Part shown: positions 39,411 through 49,756 of the stretch, piece by piece | How positions within the stretch are numbered: position 1 is the stretch's first letter | How the letters are laid out: each line of letters opens with the position of its first letter | From: a virus | Length of the DNA: 64,000 nt | Strand: one strand, 5' to 3' | IMG/VR virus record: IMGVR_UViG_3300027747_003534 | Coordinates: 64,001 to 128,000 of that record | Position numbers and translations under genes: made by a program | The notes under the pieces: model-generated | Seen by the model: the letters and a program-made list of their open reading frames with translations, nothing else | Database searches by the model: none | What the model was told of the DNA's origin: nothing

Positions 39411-41277
39411 TTTTTAAAATGTCTTGAATAGTCATAATTTTATCCAACATAGCAATACCTAGAATATCAAACTTGATAACGCCAAGAGCTTCCAAATCTT
39501 GCATTTCCATACCTGCTATCATTTGATCATTTTTGCTGTCATAAACCATCGGACAAATAGTGTTCAAAGGTTCTGAACTTATTGCAATTCCTGCCGCGTG
39601 TTTGGATTGATTGGATTTAGTGCCTTCTAATCTTATAGCCTGCTCAAACCTTTTTGCAAGTGGGCCTTGTAGTTCATTGTTTTCATCTATATAGCACCAC
39701 TCTTTGAGTTTTTCTGGCTGATTTTCTAATGCCCACCGTATTATTGAGGCCTCTCCTGTTTCGTCCTTCATTTCCTGAAGATCGTCAGCAATTTTAGATT
39801 CATCTGGTATATTTTTGGTTATTTTGTTCATTTCATCAAAACTAATATTTCCATAAACTCTAAGTACATCTTTTAGAGCACCTCTGCCTTTCATAGTATT
39901 AAATGTAATCATTTGAGATACTTTGTCATGACCATAGGTTTGTTTAATATATTCTATAATGTTTTCTCTTTTGTCTATAGGAACGTCAACATCAATATCT
40001 GGCATGGATATATGGTCTTTAGAATTTCTTCCGCTATTATAGAATCTTTCAAATAACAAACCATATTTTATTGGATCAATACTGGTAATACCTATCAAGT
40101 ATGACACTAAACAACCAGAAGCAGATCCTCTTCCGGGTCCAGGCAGCCAGCCATTTTTCCTTACATAGTTTACAATGTCTTGTACTATTAAAAAATAACT
40201 AGATAATCCTGCTCCCTGTAATATATCTAGTTCATATTTCACTCTGTCTACATAAATTTGTTGCTCTTCCTTCGGAATAATATTAGCAATTTTAGCTTTC
40301 CAACCTTTGCGACATAATTCTCTCAGATATTCAACATCATCCATTCCTTTGGGACATGGAAAAGGAGGTAGTCTTGGCTTATGTAGGATATTATATTCTT
40401 CGCACATATCTGCTACTAAGTTAGTATTAACTATTTCTTCTTCTGTGTGTAATTGTGCTATTTCTTCTTGTGATAATATATGAAAATTTTCAGATGTAAA
40501 AAAGCATCCTAACGCCACATCATCGTCATTAGCTATTTTTCTGCTAATATCAGGAAATGTCATTTTTAAATTATTACATAATAATATTCTTTGATCTATT
40601 GCATCTTCTTTACGGGAGTAATGAGCATCCGGTGTGCATATAATCTTAGTATTGGTAATTTTGGATAATTTTCTGATTGCTTCAGTTAAAACCTCTTGCA
40701 TAGGAGTATTCTCTTTATCCATAAGTTGCGCTTCCAAGAAGAAATTATCTGATCCAAAAATATCTTTGTAAAGAGATATTTCTTGTGTTCCTATATCTAT
40801 CCAATTTGGTTTGAGGTTATAGTTATCAGTTATTTTATCTGCTAATGTTGATCCAAGATGTCCACAAAAGGCTATAATATTATTATTGCAAAATTGAGCT
40901 AGATTGTTTAATGCTAGTCTTGGCTTGTGATAATAAAAATTTGGACGATTTGATTCTGATACTATTCTTATTAAACTTTCCCAACCTTTATAGTTTTTTG
41001 CTAAAATTACCAAATGACTTAATTTTTTATTTTCCGGCTTTTGTATTGATGGATCTAAATCACAAATATATAGCTCACACCCCAATATAGGCTTTATTCC
41101 ATGTTTTTTCATTTCGGTATAAAACTTAACACATCCTGCTATATTACCATGATCCGTGATAGCACATGACGTTGCTCCGATCTCTAAACATCTCTCAGCA
41201 ATAGTAGACGGTTGAGATAATCCATCCAATAAAGAATATGTAGAATGAACATGAAGAGGTATATAATTGACTGCCAT
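39400..41277 (-). CDS. dnaE: DNA polymerase III alpha, N-terminal half (PHP domain, palm, thumb)
   Basis: HVHSTYSLLDG, TDHG, GPGRGSA, LLFERF, MPDIDVD, HAAG and KFDILG; all three catalytic Asp present. Confidence 0.95.
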   Translation of the reverse strand: MAVNYIPLHVHSTYSLLDGLSQPSTIAERCLEIGATSCAITDHGNIAGCVKFYTEMKKHGIKPILGCELYICDLDPSIQKPENKKLSHLVILAKNYKGWESLIRIVSESNRPNFYYHKPRLALNNLAQFCNNNIIAFCGHLGSTLADKITDNYNLKPNWIDIGTQEISLYKDIFGSDNFFLEAQLMDKENTPMQEVLTEAIRKLSKITNTKIICTPDAHYSRKEDAIDQRILLCNNLKMTFPDISRKIANDDDVALGCFFTSENFHILSQEEIAQLHTEEEIVNTNLVADMCEEYNILHKPRLPPFPCPKGMDDVEYLRELCRKGWKAKIANIIPKEEQQIYVDRVKYELDILQGAGLSSYFLIVQDIVNYVRKNGWLPGPGRGSASGCLVSYLIGITSIDPIKYGLLFERFYNSGRNSKDHISMPDIDVDVPIDKRENIIEYIKQTYGHDKVSQMITFNTMKGRGALKDVLRVYGNISFDEMNKITKNIPDESKIADDLQEMKDETGEASIIRWALENQPEKLKEWCYIDENNELQGPLAKRFEQAIRLEGTKSNQSKHAAGIAISSEPLNTICPMVYDSKNDQMIAGMEMQDLEALGVIKFDILGIAMLDKIMTIQDILKNGE

Positions 41278-41282
41278 ATATA

Positions 41283-42323
41283 TTAAACGCTGCCGGGTGC
41301 CTTGTAGTGTCCTATACTATAACCCGGAACTTGGTATTGGTCAACTACCTCGTCTACGCCTTTTATATCCATATCATGTTTGACCTGTTCACATTTGGTC
41401 ATACATTGATCTTTTGGTGTTACTTGATTATCTCTGTATTCAATTATTGGTAACACATGAGTATTTGCAAATGTACTTTTGCCAAAATGACAGAATTTAG
41501 TACATTTCCAACTTTTATTTAATTGTGGCTTATATGTATTTTTTATTGTTTCAAATTTTGCCTTAAGCATCATTTCCGTTTGGAATATATCTTTTTTATC
41601 AAAACATATACTGAATGCTCCACCATCATTTATAAAATATATAGAAACCATGACATGTTCTATCTCTGGATATAAATGCTGTATAGCATAATGATATATT
41701 CTTAACTGAGCATCATTTTGTAACTTCGCCTGTGTTTTTTCCTCACCTGTTGCCCAATCTAATCGTCTCCCTGTTTTATAGTCAACTATTTCTAATGTTT
41801 TATCATTAACCCTAGTAATTAAGTCTATTGTTCCTTTTATGGCTAGATTGCCTTCTAATATTCCATCTTTCGTTTCATATTTATATTTAGCCCATGGCTT
41901 ATTAATTTCAATATCAAAACGTTGTTCAGGCTGAACTATATCTTGATTTCTAGGGTCAAACATACCATTATTATACTCTAATGCTTTATATACCCAATTA
42001 TGACAATCTTTATAGTCCTTTGGGGTCCAAGAGTGGTGCTTTTCGGCAGATGAATAATGGTTGTATACTTTTTCAATTATTGTATTTAAATTATAGTCCT
42101 TTGTATTGATTTTTCCAATAATATCGTCTTCTATCGTGGGTAATCCATCTTGGATACCTTTTTTAATAATAGCAAGAATCTCCATTACCTTATGTAAAAC
42201 TGTGCCTTTAGCAGCTTTTAGCCCGCTTGGACTTCTTATTCCTAAAACATATTCAAGCATATATTGCATAGGACATAAGCTATGTGTACCATAACTGGAA
42301 CTGCGTATGTATGTGATAATCAT
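41283..42323 (-). CDS. PD-(D/E)xK RecB/Cas4-like exonuclease
   Basis: CP..Y, GTVLH, E, KGTIDL, VDYKTG and QLRIY, with C-terminal Cys (Fe-S-like). Confidence 0.85.
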   Translation of the reverse strand: MIITYIRSSSYGTHSLCPMQYMLEYVLGIRSPSGLKAAKGTVLHKVMEILAIIKKGIQDGLPTIEDDIIGKINTKDYNLNTIIEKVYNHYSSAEKHHSWTPKDYKDCHNWVYKALEYNNGMFDPRNQDIVQPEQRFDIEINKPWAKYKYETKDGILEGNLAIKGTIDLITRVNDKTLEIVDYKTGRRLDWATGEEKTQAKLQNDAQLRIYHYAIQHLYPEIEHVMVSIYFINDGGAFSICFDKKDIFQTEMMLKAKFETIKNTYKPQLNKSWKCTKFCHFGKSTFANTHVLPIIEYRDNQVTPKDQCMTKCEQVKHDMDIKGVDEVVDQYQVPGYSIGHYKAPGSV

Positions 42324-42934
42324 TAATTTAAAATTTCAGTCTTATTTAGGAATTGTTCTATAAGTTTATTTTTTTCAGACATATCCATATTATCATTATC
42401 TATAACAATACTAAATTTTTCCCAATTATAATTAGTAGGATCCAAAGCAATTTCAGCATCAGCTTGCGAGGCGAAAGGATCTTTTGTTACCCTTATAACA
42501 TAGCCGCCTAAATTTAGTATTTGATCAACTTCATTAGGAAATCTACAGTCTGGAATTATAGCTATGTCAGGATTTTGTTTTTTGATACTGTTGAGTGTTG
42601 CTTGGACCCAAACATCATTCTTTATTTTACGAAAAATATTGGTACCAATTATCTCCATTACTTCCCTAGCAGACATTGGTCCAATAAAATCTCCATCATA
42701 TCCAGGAATATTTTCCCATAGTATATCTGTTAAACTATTCTTATCAGTATCAGTTCCATAGCACTGGTCATATGTTAACCCTAGCATATTTATACATATG
42801 TCTTGTTTTAATGGGTCAGCAAAACTATAGATTTTATTGCTGATGTTTCTATGGTTTAATAAAGCTTGTATATGTTCTGCTCCAGTACTTTTGCCAGATT
42901 GTTTTCTTCCAGAGAATGCTATAATTTTGGTCAT
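42323..42934 (-). CDS. Deoxynucleoside monophosphate kinase
   Basis: IIAFSGRKQSGKST, SFADPLK, REVMEIIGT and PDCRFPNE (T4 gp1-like). Confidence 0.88.
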   Translation of the reverse strand: MTKIIAFSGRKQSGKSTGAEHIQALLNHRNISNKIYSFADPLKQDICINMLGLTYDQCYGTDTDKNSLTDILWENIPGYDGDFIGPMSAREVMEIIGTNIFRKIKNDVWVQATLNSIKKQNPDIAIIPDCRFPNEVDQILNLGGYVIRVTKDPFASQADAEIALDPTNYNWEKFSIVIDNDNMDMSEKNKLIEQFLNKTEILN

Positions 42935-44083
42935 TCAATACTTTCTATATAATCATGAATTTGTTCTTTAATCTCTATAGATGTCATTTCGCCAACATCG
43001 GGTTTACTGATTTTAGGTATAAAAATACGATATGTATTTTTACATTTTGAACTAATCTGTTCAGAAGCTTTGCGACCAGCTTCATCTTGATCAGTTAGTA
43101 TTATAAGAGTCATAGCTCCCGAAGAATCCAAAATAATTTTTTGCCTATCGCTTAATGATGATCCAAACATAGCTACGCTGTTATGAATACCATTTTCCTC
43201 CAATCTCCATACATTGCCTGGGCTTTCAACTATAATAGCTGTAGCTGATTTTTGTATAAATGATTTTGCAAACCAAAAATTATATAAGCAATTTTGACTC
43301 TTAAAATTTGAACTATGTTTCCACTTAGAAAATAACCACCTATTATGTTCTGGTGGACATTCCTGTATATTGTCATGATAAGATGAGCATGAGTTACATT
43401 TTTCAAATATGCTTCTACCTGAACAGCCTATCATATGATGATAGTCGTTATCATAAATTGGCACAACAACCCTGTTATACATTTCCTTATTTGGTTTAGA
43501 GCATAGTCCTATATCATATTTATCTAATATTTCTGCAGAGTAATTGCGGTTAGTATAATAGTTGGCTGGTATAGATAAAGACCTTCTTATTTGTTCTCTG
43601 AGTGGTTTTGGTCCATCATTTTGCGATATCGGTTTATTTGTTAAATAATTGACGGCGCTAGAGAAAAACTGTTTATCTTTTGATGATTTAGATATCTTTA
43701 TACTATCAAGATCTTTTTTAAGAAAATTTAGAGCAAAATTTAAAGCTTCATCAAATGAACAAGACTTATCTCCATCTTTAGACCAACCATATTTATTATG
43801 AGATAATATTCCTCTAATAAATCCTATAATAGAAGACTTGAAAATTTGTTCGCAATTGTGTGTTCTGCATTTCCAATTGCCTCTGTATGTATCTCCCTCT
43901 GGATAAAGATTAATAGCAGATTTATTATCTCCACCATGTATTGGACATGACATAGTAATCATCTTAGAATTATTTCTATATTCTATTTGAAAAACATCAA
44001 GTAGATCACAGACATTATCGCAAAGATTATCACAAACAACTTTTAATTTAGCCTGGTCTTTAGTCGAACTTGATTTCTTGTTC
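42931..44083 (-). CDS. dnaG: DNA primase (CHC2 Zn finger plus TOPRIM)
   Basis: CPIHGGDN..WKC, RVVVPI, IIVES and ILTDQDEAG. Start uncertain (44083-44127). Confidence 0.88.
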
Positions 44084-45526
44084 ATTTTCGCTTTGCTCAT
44101 CAACAATGAATCCATCTTTCTTTCCACCCTTATTATTAATAATTTCTAACCTAGTACGACCTTCAGTAATTTTTGCACACCAGCCCTTCATATGACAATT
44201 AATGTAGTCATTATCATCTAAACCGCCTCCATGTCTACTAATTAAAGGGACTAGTTTTCTATTACCATTTTCTGGACCATCTTCAGCTATCTCTTCTGGA
44301 GTTTTTCTTTTAAATATACTGAAATTACTACATAGCCAAATAATTCTATCAGAACCACTAGCAGCATCAGTGCTCTCTTTAGTAATTCCATCTCTATTTA
44401 GCTGTATAAAAGCAACAATAGGAACCTTATATCTAACGGCAAAATTATGTAAGCTTGTCATCATAAAGCCTAAGACCTGATACTCTTTAAGGTCCTGGGT
44501 CATTCCTGCACTATCCATAATCTTTAAGTAGTCATAAAATATAACACAGTCCTTAGCTGTGCCATCATCATGTAGACCAACTTCTTTAACTATCCATCTT
44601 CTCATAATTGCTAACTGATCCTCAAAGGGTTTTCCAGCAATACTCTTATGAAACATTTTAAGTTCTTTAAGTTTATGAACAGATTGTAATATTTTATTCT
44701 TTTTGTCAGGAGACTCTGAAAACTTTCCAGTTTCTATAGTATTGATTTCAATTTCGCTCATCATGGCCAAAGTTCTATTAATATGGTCTTCTTTATTCAT
44801 TTCGGTATCCATATTAAGAGTAGGAATACCTAAATTAGCAACATTATATCCTATATTGTCAGACATTAAAGTTTTACCAGTCTTTGGTCGTGCTGCTATA
44901 ATATTGACGGTTCCTTTTCTTAAACCTCCACCGATAGACTGATCGTATACTGGAAAGCCTGTTGGTATTCCAACCTGATCTATTTTGTTTTCTTCTAGAT
45001 TTTTAACATATTCATCCAAATTATGGCCGAAGGAAGATGGATTATTATCACCATCATTAAGTAATGAAGTAAAATTAAATATGGTATCTTCTGCTATGCT
45101 GAGAATAGAACCTATAGGCTCACTGCCATTTACATCCAAAATCTTATCTTGAGCTAGTTCTAGTTGTTTTCTTAAAAGTCTGGCTATCTCTAATTTTCTT
45201 ATTTTTGCTGCAAATTTTCTAACATTTTCAAGAATAACAGGAAAGTCCATAACAGCTTTTAAATGCTGCAATTCTTCTTTTTTTGTAAGAATATGGGCTA
45301 GTCCTAACTCTTCAGCAGTAGAAAAAATTGTAGCAATATCTATAGAGGGTTTTTGTTCTCTTTCACAAATAGTTTTTAAGCATTTAAATATAACCGTATT
45401 ACTATCTATAGTAAAAGTAGTATCTTGAATAATATCAGCCACATCAAGATACGCATCTTCACCATAAGTACAGATACCAGCCAATACTGCTCTTTCAGCA
45501 GATGGGTCGCACAATACCATTGTCAT
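44060..45526 (-). CDS. dnaB: Replicative DnaB-family helicase
   Basis: AERAVLAG, GIPTGF, AARPKTGKT (Walker A), YDYLKIM and QLNR. Start 45526 or 45520. Confidence 0.93.
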   Translation of the reverse strand: MTMVLCDPSAERAVLAGICTYGEDAYLDVADIIQDTTFTIDSNTVIFKCLKTICEREQKPSIDIATIFSTAEELGLAHILTKKEELQHLKAVMDFPVILENVRKFAAKIRKLEIARLLRKQLELAQDKILDVNGSEPIGSILSIAEDTIFNFTSLLNDGDNNPSSFGHNLDEYVKNLEENKIDQVGIPTGFPVYDQSIGGGLRKGTVNIIAARPKTGKTLMSDNIGYNVANLGIPTLNMDTEMNKEDHINRTLAMMSEIEINTIETGKFSESPDKKNKILQSVHKLKELKMFHKSIAGKPFEDQLAIMRRWIVKEVGLHDDGTAKDCVIFYDYLKIMDSAGMTQDLKEYQVLGFMMTSLHNFAVRYKVPIVAFIQLNRDGITKESTDAASGSDRIIWLCSNFSIFKRKTPEEIAEDGPENGNRKLVPLISRHGGGLDDNDYINCHMKGWCAKITEGRTRLEIINNKGGKKDGFIVDEQSENEQEIKFD

Positions 45527-45915
45527 CAGCCCGCTCCTGCTGAACATTTATTACATTTATACCTATCAACGCCTTCTGTTATTAAAACAGGATTTACTTT
45601 TTCTTTTTTGCCACAAACTCTACATATAGTATTTACCAATTCAAAAGGCCTAGCTCTTGGAACAGGGGGAAGAACAGATAGTTTCTTATCTATAGCTATA
45701 TCTTCTTTGTGCATTCTGGCTTCTGTCATGCTATCGAATTTATTTTCTCTTGTTGGCTTACTTTTAGTTTGTGTCTGAGTATTCTTTTTGGCCTTAGGTT
45801 TTTTGGTTGACTTAGTCTCTTTATTCTGTTTGTCCTCTTCAGTTTGGGGGAGCATGGACTGAAGCATAATAATCATTTGTTGAATTTGTTGTGGGTCTAA
45901 ATTAATATTATCCAT
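45526..45915 (-). CDS. Hypothetical protein with C-terminal zinc ribbon
   Basis: 129 aa, CRVC...CNKC. Confidence 0.65.
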   Translation of the reverse strand: MDNINLDPQQIQQMIIMLQSMLPQTEEDKQNKETKSTKKPKAKKNTQTQTKSKPTRENKFDSMTEARMHKEDIAIDKKLSVLPPVPRARPFELVNTICRVCGKKEKVNPVLITEGVDRYKCNKCSAGAG

Positions 45916-46399
45916 TTTTTGTTGCCAGTTTAATTTTTTGAATAGAAATAAGTATATCTGATAGATTTTTGATAGAATTCGCTAAATATGATAATCTGTC
46001 TGTTCGCTGTTTGGAATAAATTTTTATTTTATTTATAGCTTGAGCCTTTTCATTATTCTTAATAGCTTGGAGAGATTTCTCCACATATCCGTATCCTTTA
46101 TAATTATTTATTTCATCTGCTATAACCATTTTAATTGTTTCATCAGCCCAATTATTTCTAGCTATTTCTCTGTTTATGGTGCGTTGTATATAAAAAGAAA
46201 ACTGAGCTAATCTATAAGATATTTGAGAACAATCTTCTGGTGTTATTCTCTCTAGCTCTGTTCTATCCATAGTAAGATAATTATTTAGCTCTTGCTCTGG
46301 CATACCAGCGTTATTATATTTAGGTATACCAAGACCCTTTTCATATTCATCTAGAATATTATCCCAATCTTGTAATTCTTCTTTAGCCGTTTTGTTCAT
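45908..46399 (-). CDS. Helical hypothetical protein (possible UvsY-like recombination mediator)
   Basis: 163 aa, coiled-coil-like, between RecA and DnaB; function inferred from position only. Confidence 0.45.
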   Translation of the reverse strand: MNKTAKEELQDWDNILDEYEKGLGIPKYNNAGMPEQELNNYLTMDRTELERITPEDCSQISYRLAQFSFYIQRTINREIARNNWADETIKMVIADEINNYKGYGYVEKSLQAIKNNEKAQAINKIKIYSKQRTDRLSYLANSIKNLSDILISIQKIKLATKNG

Positions 46400-46799
46400 T
46401 TATTAATCTCCCAATCCATTGATTTTCATTTTCATCAAACGGTAATGCTATAAATTTAATCTGATTAATTTCACACCACTCTATTTTTTCGCGATCTCTT
46501 TTTTGTGATCTTATAAAACCTAAAGTATTATGATGATAAAAAGGAACAAACTTATAGTGCTGTTCTCCGTGAACTTCTATGCACGTTTGAATTAATGGCA
46601 AGTAAAAATCTAAAAATAATGTTTCATTTTTCCTAATTAAAATTGGTATTTCCTCTAATAATTGCAAAGTTGGAAAACACGATATCAGTGCTGAGCGAGC
46701 TTTTAGATGCAAATTAGACTTGTTAGCAATCTTGCCTTTAGCCATATTCCCAGTAAGCTGCCATTGAGATATGTTTCCATCTAGATCTCTCACTATCAT
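46383..46799 (-). CDS. Small DUF559-like PD-(D/E)xK endonuclease
   Basis: LDFYLP...IEVHGEQH...QKRDREK. Confidence 0.7.
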   Translation of the reverse strand: MIVRDLDGNISQWQLTGNMAKGKIANKSNLHLKARSALISCFPTLQLLEEIPILIRKNETLFLDFYLPLIQTCIEVHGEQHYKFVPFYHHNTLGFIRSQKRDREKIEWCEINQIKFIALPFDENENQWIGRLINEQNG

Positions 46800-47818
46800 C
46801 CTTTGATCCCCATCATTTCCTTAACTTTAATCCACAGGTTTTCGTATATCTCAGGATTGTCAACAAGATATTGACGAACCTTTTCTGTTCCTTGAAATTT
46901 TGGTTTTGACTCAACCGTGGTTATGGTGTACCAAGCCCCTGCTTTATGTATTAGTCCCAAGTCTGAAGCTAGTGTAACCAGTTCTGTTTGTTTGTCAATA
47001 CCCTGACCATATCTTATATAGCTTGTGATAGTACCACCCGGTGGTCCGAGAGCCGAGCATTGTACTTGCCATTGAATTTCTTGACCTATTTGTTGACCAT
47101 CTTCTGCTGATCCAACTTTCCATGCTTTATGAAATTGTGCTTTTAGCTTAATATCCGTCTGATAAGCAATAGCTTGTCCACTCTTTTCTTTCCACTCACT
47201 ATGACCCAGCCCTGGGTTACCCATAAGATGAGTAATTCCAATTACGATATTTCTATTGACAGGTATAACATTAGCCACTTTTCTGCAAAACTTAGCTAAT
47301 AATTTAGCACCATCTGCTCGTTGCATTTTATCCATATCGCTTGTTATTTCAGCTTCTGTACATAATGCAGAATAGGAGTCTATTATTAGTATTGATCCTG
47401 GAATTTCATTAATAATTCTTTCTCCAATTTGAAGGTATTCTTCAGCGTGTAATATTTTACCCTGTTTTGACCCTATGACATTAAATCGTGTCAAATCAAG
47501 GCCAGGAATACCCTCCAGATCTCGTTTTTTCAGACGCCCTTCGATGTTTAAGTAATATACCTGACGCCCTTCCGAAAAAGAACTATGAGCGTATTCTTTT
47601 TTTTGTCCAGTAGCACAAAAATCTAGAGAAGTAGTAGTTTTCCCACATTTTGGTTGACCGGTTAAAATTACAAAACTGCCTTCAGGAATACCTCCATTCA
47701 AAACAATATCTAGAGAAGGACTTATTGGTATGGTAATTAATTTTTTATCTACAATAGAATTACCATTCAGTATAATATCATCTCCGAATTTTTTTTCTAC
47801 GTCATCCTTTAAGCTCAT
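46796..47818 (-). CDS. recA: RecA/UvsX-like recombinase
   Basis: SLDIVLNGGIPEG, GQPKCGKTT, IIDSYSAL, YGQGID and AGAWY. Confidence 0.92.
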   Translation of the reverse strand: MSLKDDVEKKFGDDIILNGNSIVDKKLITIPISPSLDIVLNGGIPEGSFVILTGQPKCGKTTTSLDFCATGQKKEYAHSSFSEGRQVYYLNIEGRLKKRDLEGIPGLDLTRFNVIGSKQGKILHAEEYLQIGERIINEIPGSILIIDSYSALCTEAEITSDMDKMQRADGAKLLAKFCRKVANVIPVNRNIVIGITHLMGNPGLGHSEWKEKSGQAIAYQTDIKLKAQFHKAWKVGSAEDGQQIGQEIQWQVQCSALGPPGGTITSYIRYGQGIDKQTELVTLASDLGLIHKAGAWYTITTVESKPKFQGTEKVRQYLVDNPEIYENLWIKVKEMMGIKG

Positions 47819-48234
47819 TATTCTAGATCCTTTAGTTTGGAAATAATGTTATTATTATTTTGAGAGGCGCCAAATTTAACTTGAGTATTTCGTTCAATTT
47901 GTAGAGTAATTTTTTTATTCTCTGAAGCTATAAGAGCCTCCTGCTGTTCTATGATAGCTGGTAGGTGGGGTGCTCGCAAAGAATATATTCTTCTTCCCGC
48001 GTCTGTGCCTAGAGCCTTTACTATTGCTTTAGAGCTATACTTTTTAAGAAGCTTATGTGCTGAACCTATTTGATTACTATAAAATGATGCCCATTTTTTT
48101 TCTATCCAAAATCTATAATGCAAATCTTCTTTTTGCGATAAGGCTTTTCTTTCACAAATAATCTCTGTTATAAACTGAGCTGCCGATACTGGTTTATCAT
48201 TAGAGTATCGAGATAGATAAGTATCATTTTTCAT
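47818..48234 (-). CDS. Hypothetical protein
   Basis: 138 aa ORF, translationally coupled. Confidence 0.65.
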   Translation of the reverse strand: MKNDTYLSRYSNDKPVSAAQFITEIICERKALSQKEDLHYRFWIEKKWASFYSNQIGSAHKLLKKYSSKAIVKALGTDAGRRIYSLRAPHLPAIIEQQEALIASENKKITLQIERNTQVKFGASQNNNNIISKLKDLE

Positions 48235-48646
48235 TTTGTTTATTTGAGTGAATAATCCTGCAAGATTCTTCCAAAGTGCTATGAAATTTATTTAAAAAAT
48301 TATCTACATGAGATTTATAATCACTATTTATATCTAAAGGTATATGATAAAATTTTTCTATTATATCAACTATAGATAATAATTGTCTTTGTTCGCCGAT
48401 TTGAGATACTTCGGCTTTAACTGTAAAAATTAGCTCATTTGGGAAACCAGTTAAATTCTTTTTCTGAATAATATCGGGATGGTCTTCAGATAAATCAACA
48501 TATGGATCAGTAATTTCCTCTAATTTTTTGTTTTTTTCATCTTTTTCATTTTCCAAACTAGCTAATATCTTTGTTTGTATTTTATCTAGAATTTCTTTTT
48601 CTTCTTCAGATAATTCATTTACAACACTTTGAAAAAAATCTGTCAT
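48224..48646 (-). CDS. Hypothetical protein
   Basis: 140 aa ORF, tightly packed. Confidence 0.6.
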   Translation of the reverse strand: MTDFFQSVVNELSEEEKEILDKIQTKILASLENEKDEKNKKLEEITDPYVDLSEDHPDIIQKKNLTGFPNELIFTVKAEVSQIGEQRQLLSIVDIIEKFYHIPLDINSDYKSHVDNFLNKFHSTLEESCRIIHSNKQNEK

Positions 48647-48648
48647 AA

Positions 48649-48990
48649 TTATTTGCTATATGGTCTATAGATTCCTGTTTGCGTTTTAGTTGTTGATGTT
48701 ATATTTTTTTTAAGATCGTCATTTAGTTGAGATGCTTCCTTGGTCATTACTGCCACATTACGAGTTTTATTAGAAGTTTCGGTGATCATTAAATTTTTAG
48801 ACCGAGAACCATTTACCGGAGAGGTTTTTGTTTTCAAGCCCTTTTCAGCAATTTTATTATTTTGTTCTGTTATAGTATTTGTGATTTGTGTTTTACTTAG
48901 TTTTGTTTCTGATACTATATAATCAATATCATGTCCTTCGCTATTTAACCATAGGATAGCGTATTTCTGCATTTTATTAATTCTTGCCAT
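48649..48990 (-). CDS. Hypothetical protein, possible N-terminal HTH
   Basis: 113 aa; GHDIDYIVSETKLSKTQI is HTH-like. Confidence 0.6.
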   Translation of the reverse strand: MARINKMQKYAILWLNSEGHDIDYIVSETKLSKTQITNTITEQNNKIAEKGLKTKTSPVNGSRSKNLMITETSNKTRNVAVMTKEASQLNDDLKKNITSTTKTQTGIYRPYSK

Positions 48991-49412
48991 TATTCATGTT
49001 CCCTTTCTGCATTAATTAGCAGTGAAATATTTTTTGTATTAAGAAATTCTACATACATATTAAAAACCTTTTGTCCTACCTCTTTAAATTTATCATTAGA
49101 TCTGCATATTCTATTTAAAAAAGTATGTGTCTTTTCCTGACCATAAATTGATATTGGATTATAAAATTTCCCATTATTTCCAAGTCTTATGGTATATTTA
49201 ATTGAACCATTTTTTCTTATTATTTTTTTTGCTAGGACAGTATTATTTTCTTCTTTGGATCTCGCTTTATTTGCTTCATCAATAAAAGATTCTGTGCCTA
49301 TCAATGTATATAATTCTGTTATTTCTTCAATATTGTCTTTTTTAGTAAATAAACTACTAGGCTTAAAAATAAAATTATCCATTGTATAATTCCTTATGTT
49401 TATCCATTCCAT
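48990..49412 (-). CDS. Hypothetical protein (start possibly 49382)
   Basis: 140 aa ORF, coupled. Confidence 0.6.
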   Translation of the reverse strand: MEWINIRNYTMDNFIFKPSSLFTKKDNIEEITELYTLIGTESFIDEANKARSKEENNTVLAKKIIRKNGSIKYTIRLGNNGKFYNPISIYGQEKTHTFLNRICRSNDKFKEVGQKVFNMYVEFLNTKNISLLINAEREHE

Positions 49413-49753
49413 TTGTATTTAATTTTTGGTTTTTTTATTCTAGACATACCTTTTGGTAATTGTTTATTAGAGACTTCTTCTTTATAGCTATTATGTTTTT
49501 TTTCTAATTCTGTTTTATGATCTTCACTCAATCTGTCTCTATTTCTATTTGCTAAATCACCTATTGTTTTAAGTTCACTATCATTTTTTTTGATAGATGT
49601 GCTAAGGGTTGATACGTCTTCAATATATAGCCTATAAGTATTTTTATTCTTCTTGCAATACTCACATGAGGCATTTTCTACATAGTCTTTGATACTACAA
49701 AAAATTTCAAATTTAGTTTGACATTTATTACAAAAATATGAATAAGTAGGCAT
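49400..49753 (-). CDS. FmdB-family zinc-ribbon regulatory protein
   Basis: MPTYSYFCNKC...FE...CEYC. Confidence 0.8.
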   Translation of the reverse strand: MPTYSYFCNKCQTKFEIFCSIKDYVENASCEYCKKNKNTYRLYIEDVSTLSTSIKKNDSELKTIGDLANRNRDRLSEDHKTELEKKHNSYKEEVSNKQLPKGMSRIKKPKIKYKWNG

Positions 49754-49756
49754 GTT

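Noticed and set aside
36867-41277. Split intein in DnaE
   Set aside because: No intein N-terminal block (C/S-x) after the N-half extein and no HN-C/S/T junction at the start of the C-half.
41283-42323. Cas4-like gene as evidence of a CRISPR-Cas system
   Set aside because: No repeat-spacer array or other cas genes seen; solo Cas4/RecB-like nucleases are common in phage replication modules.
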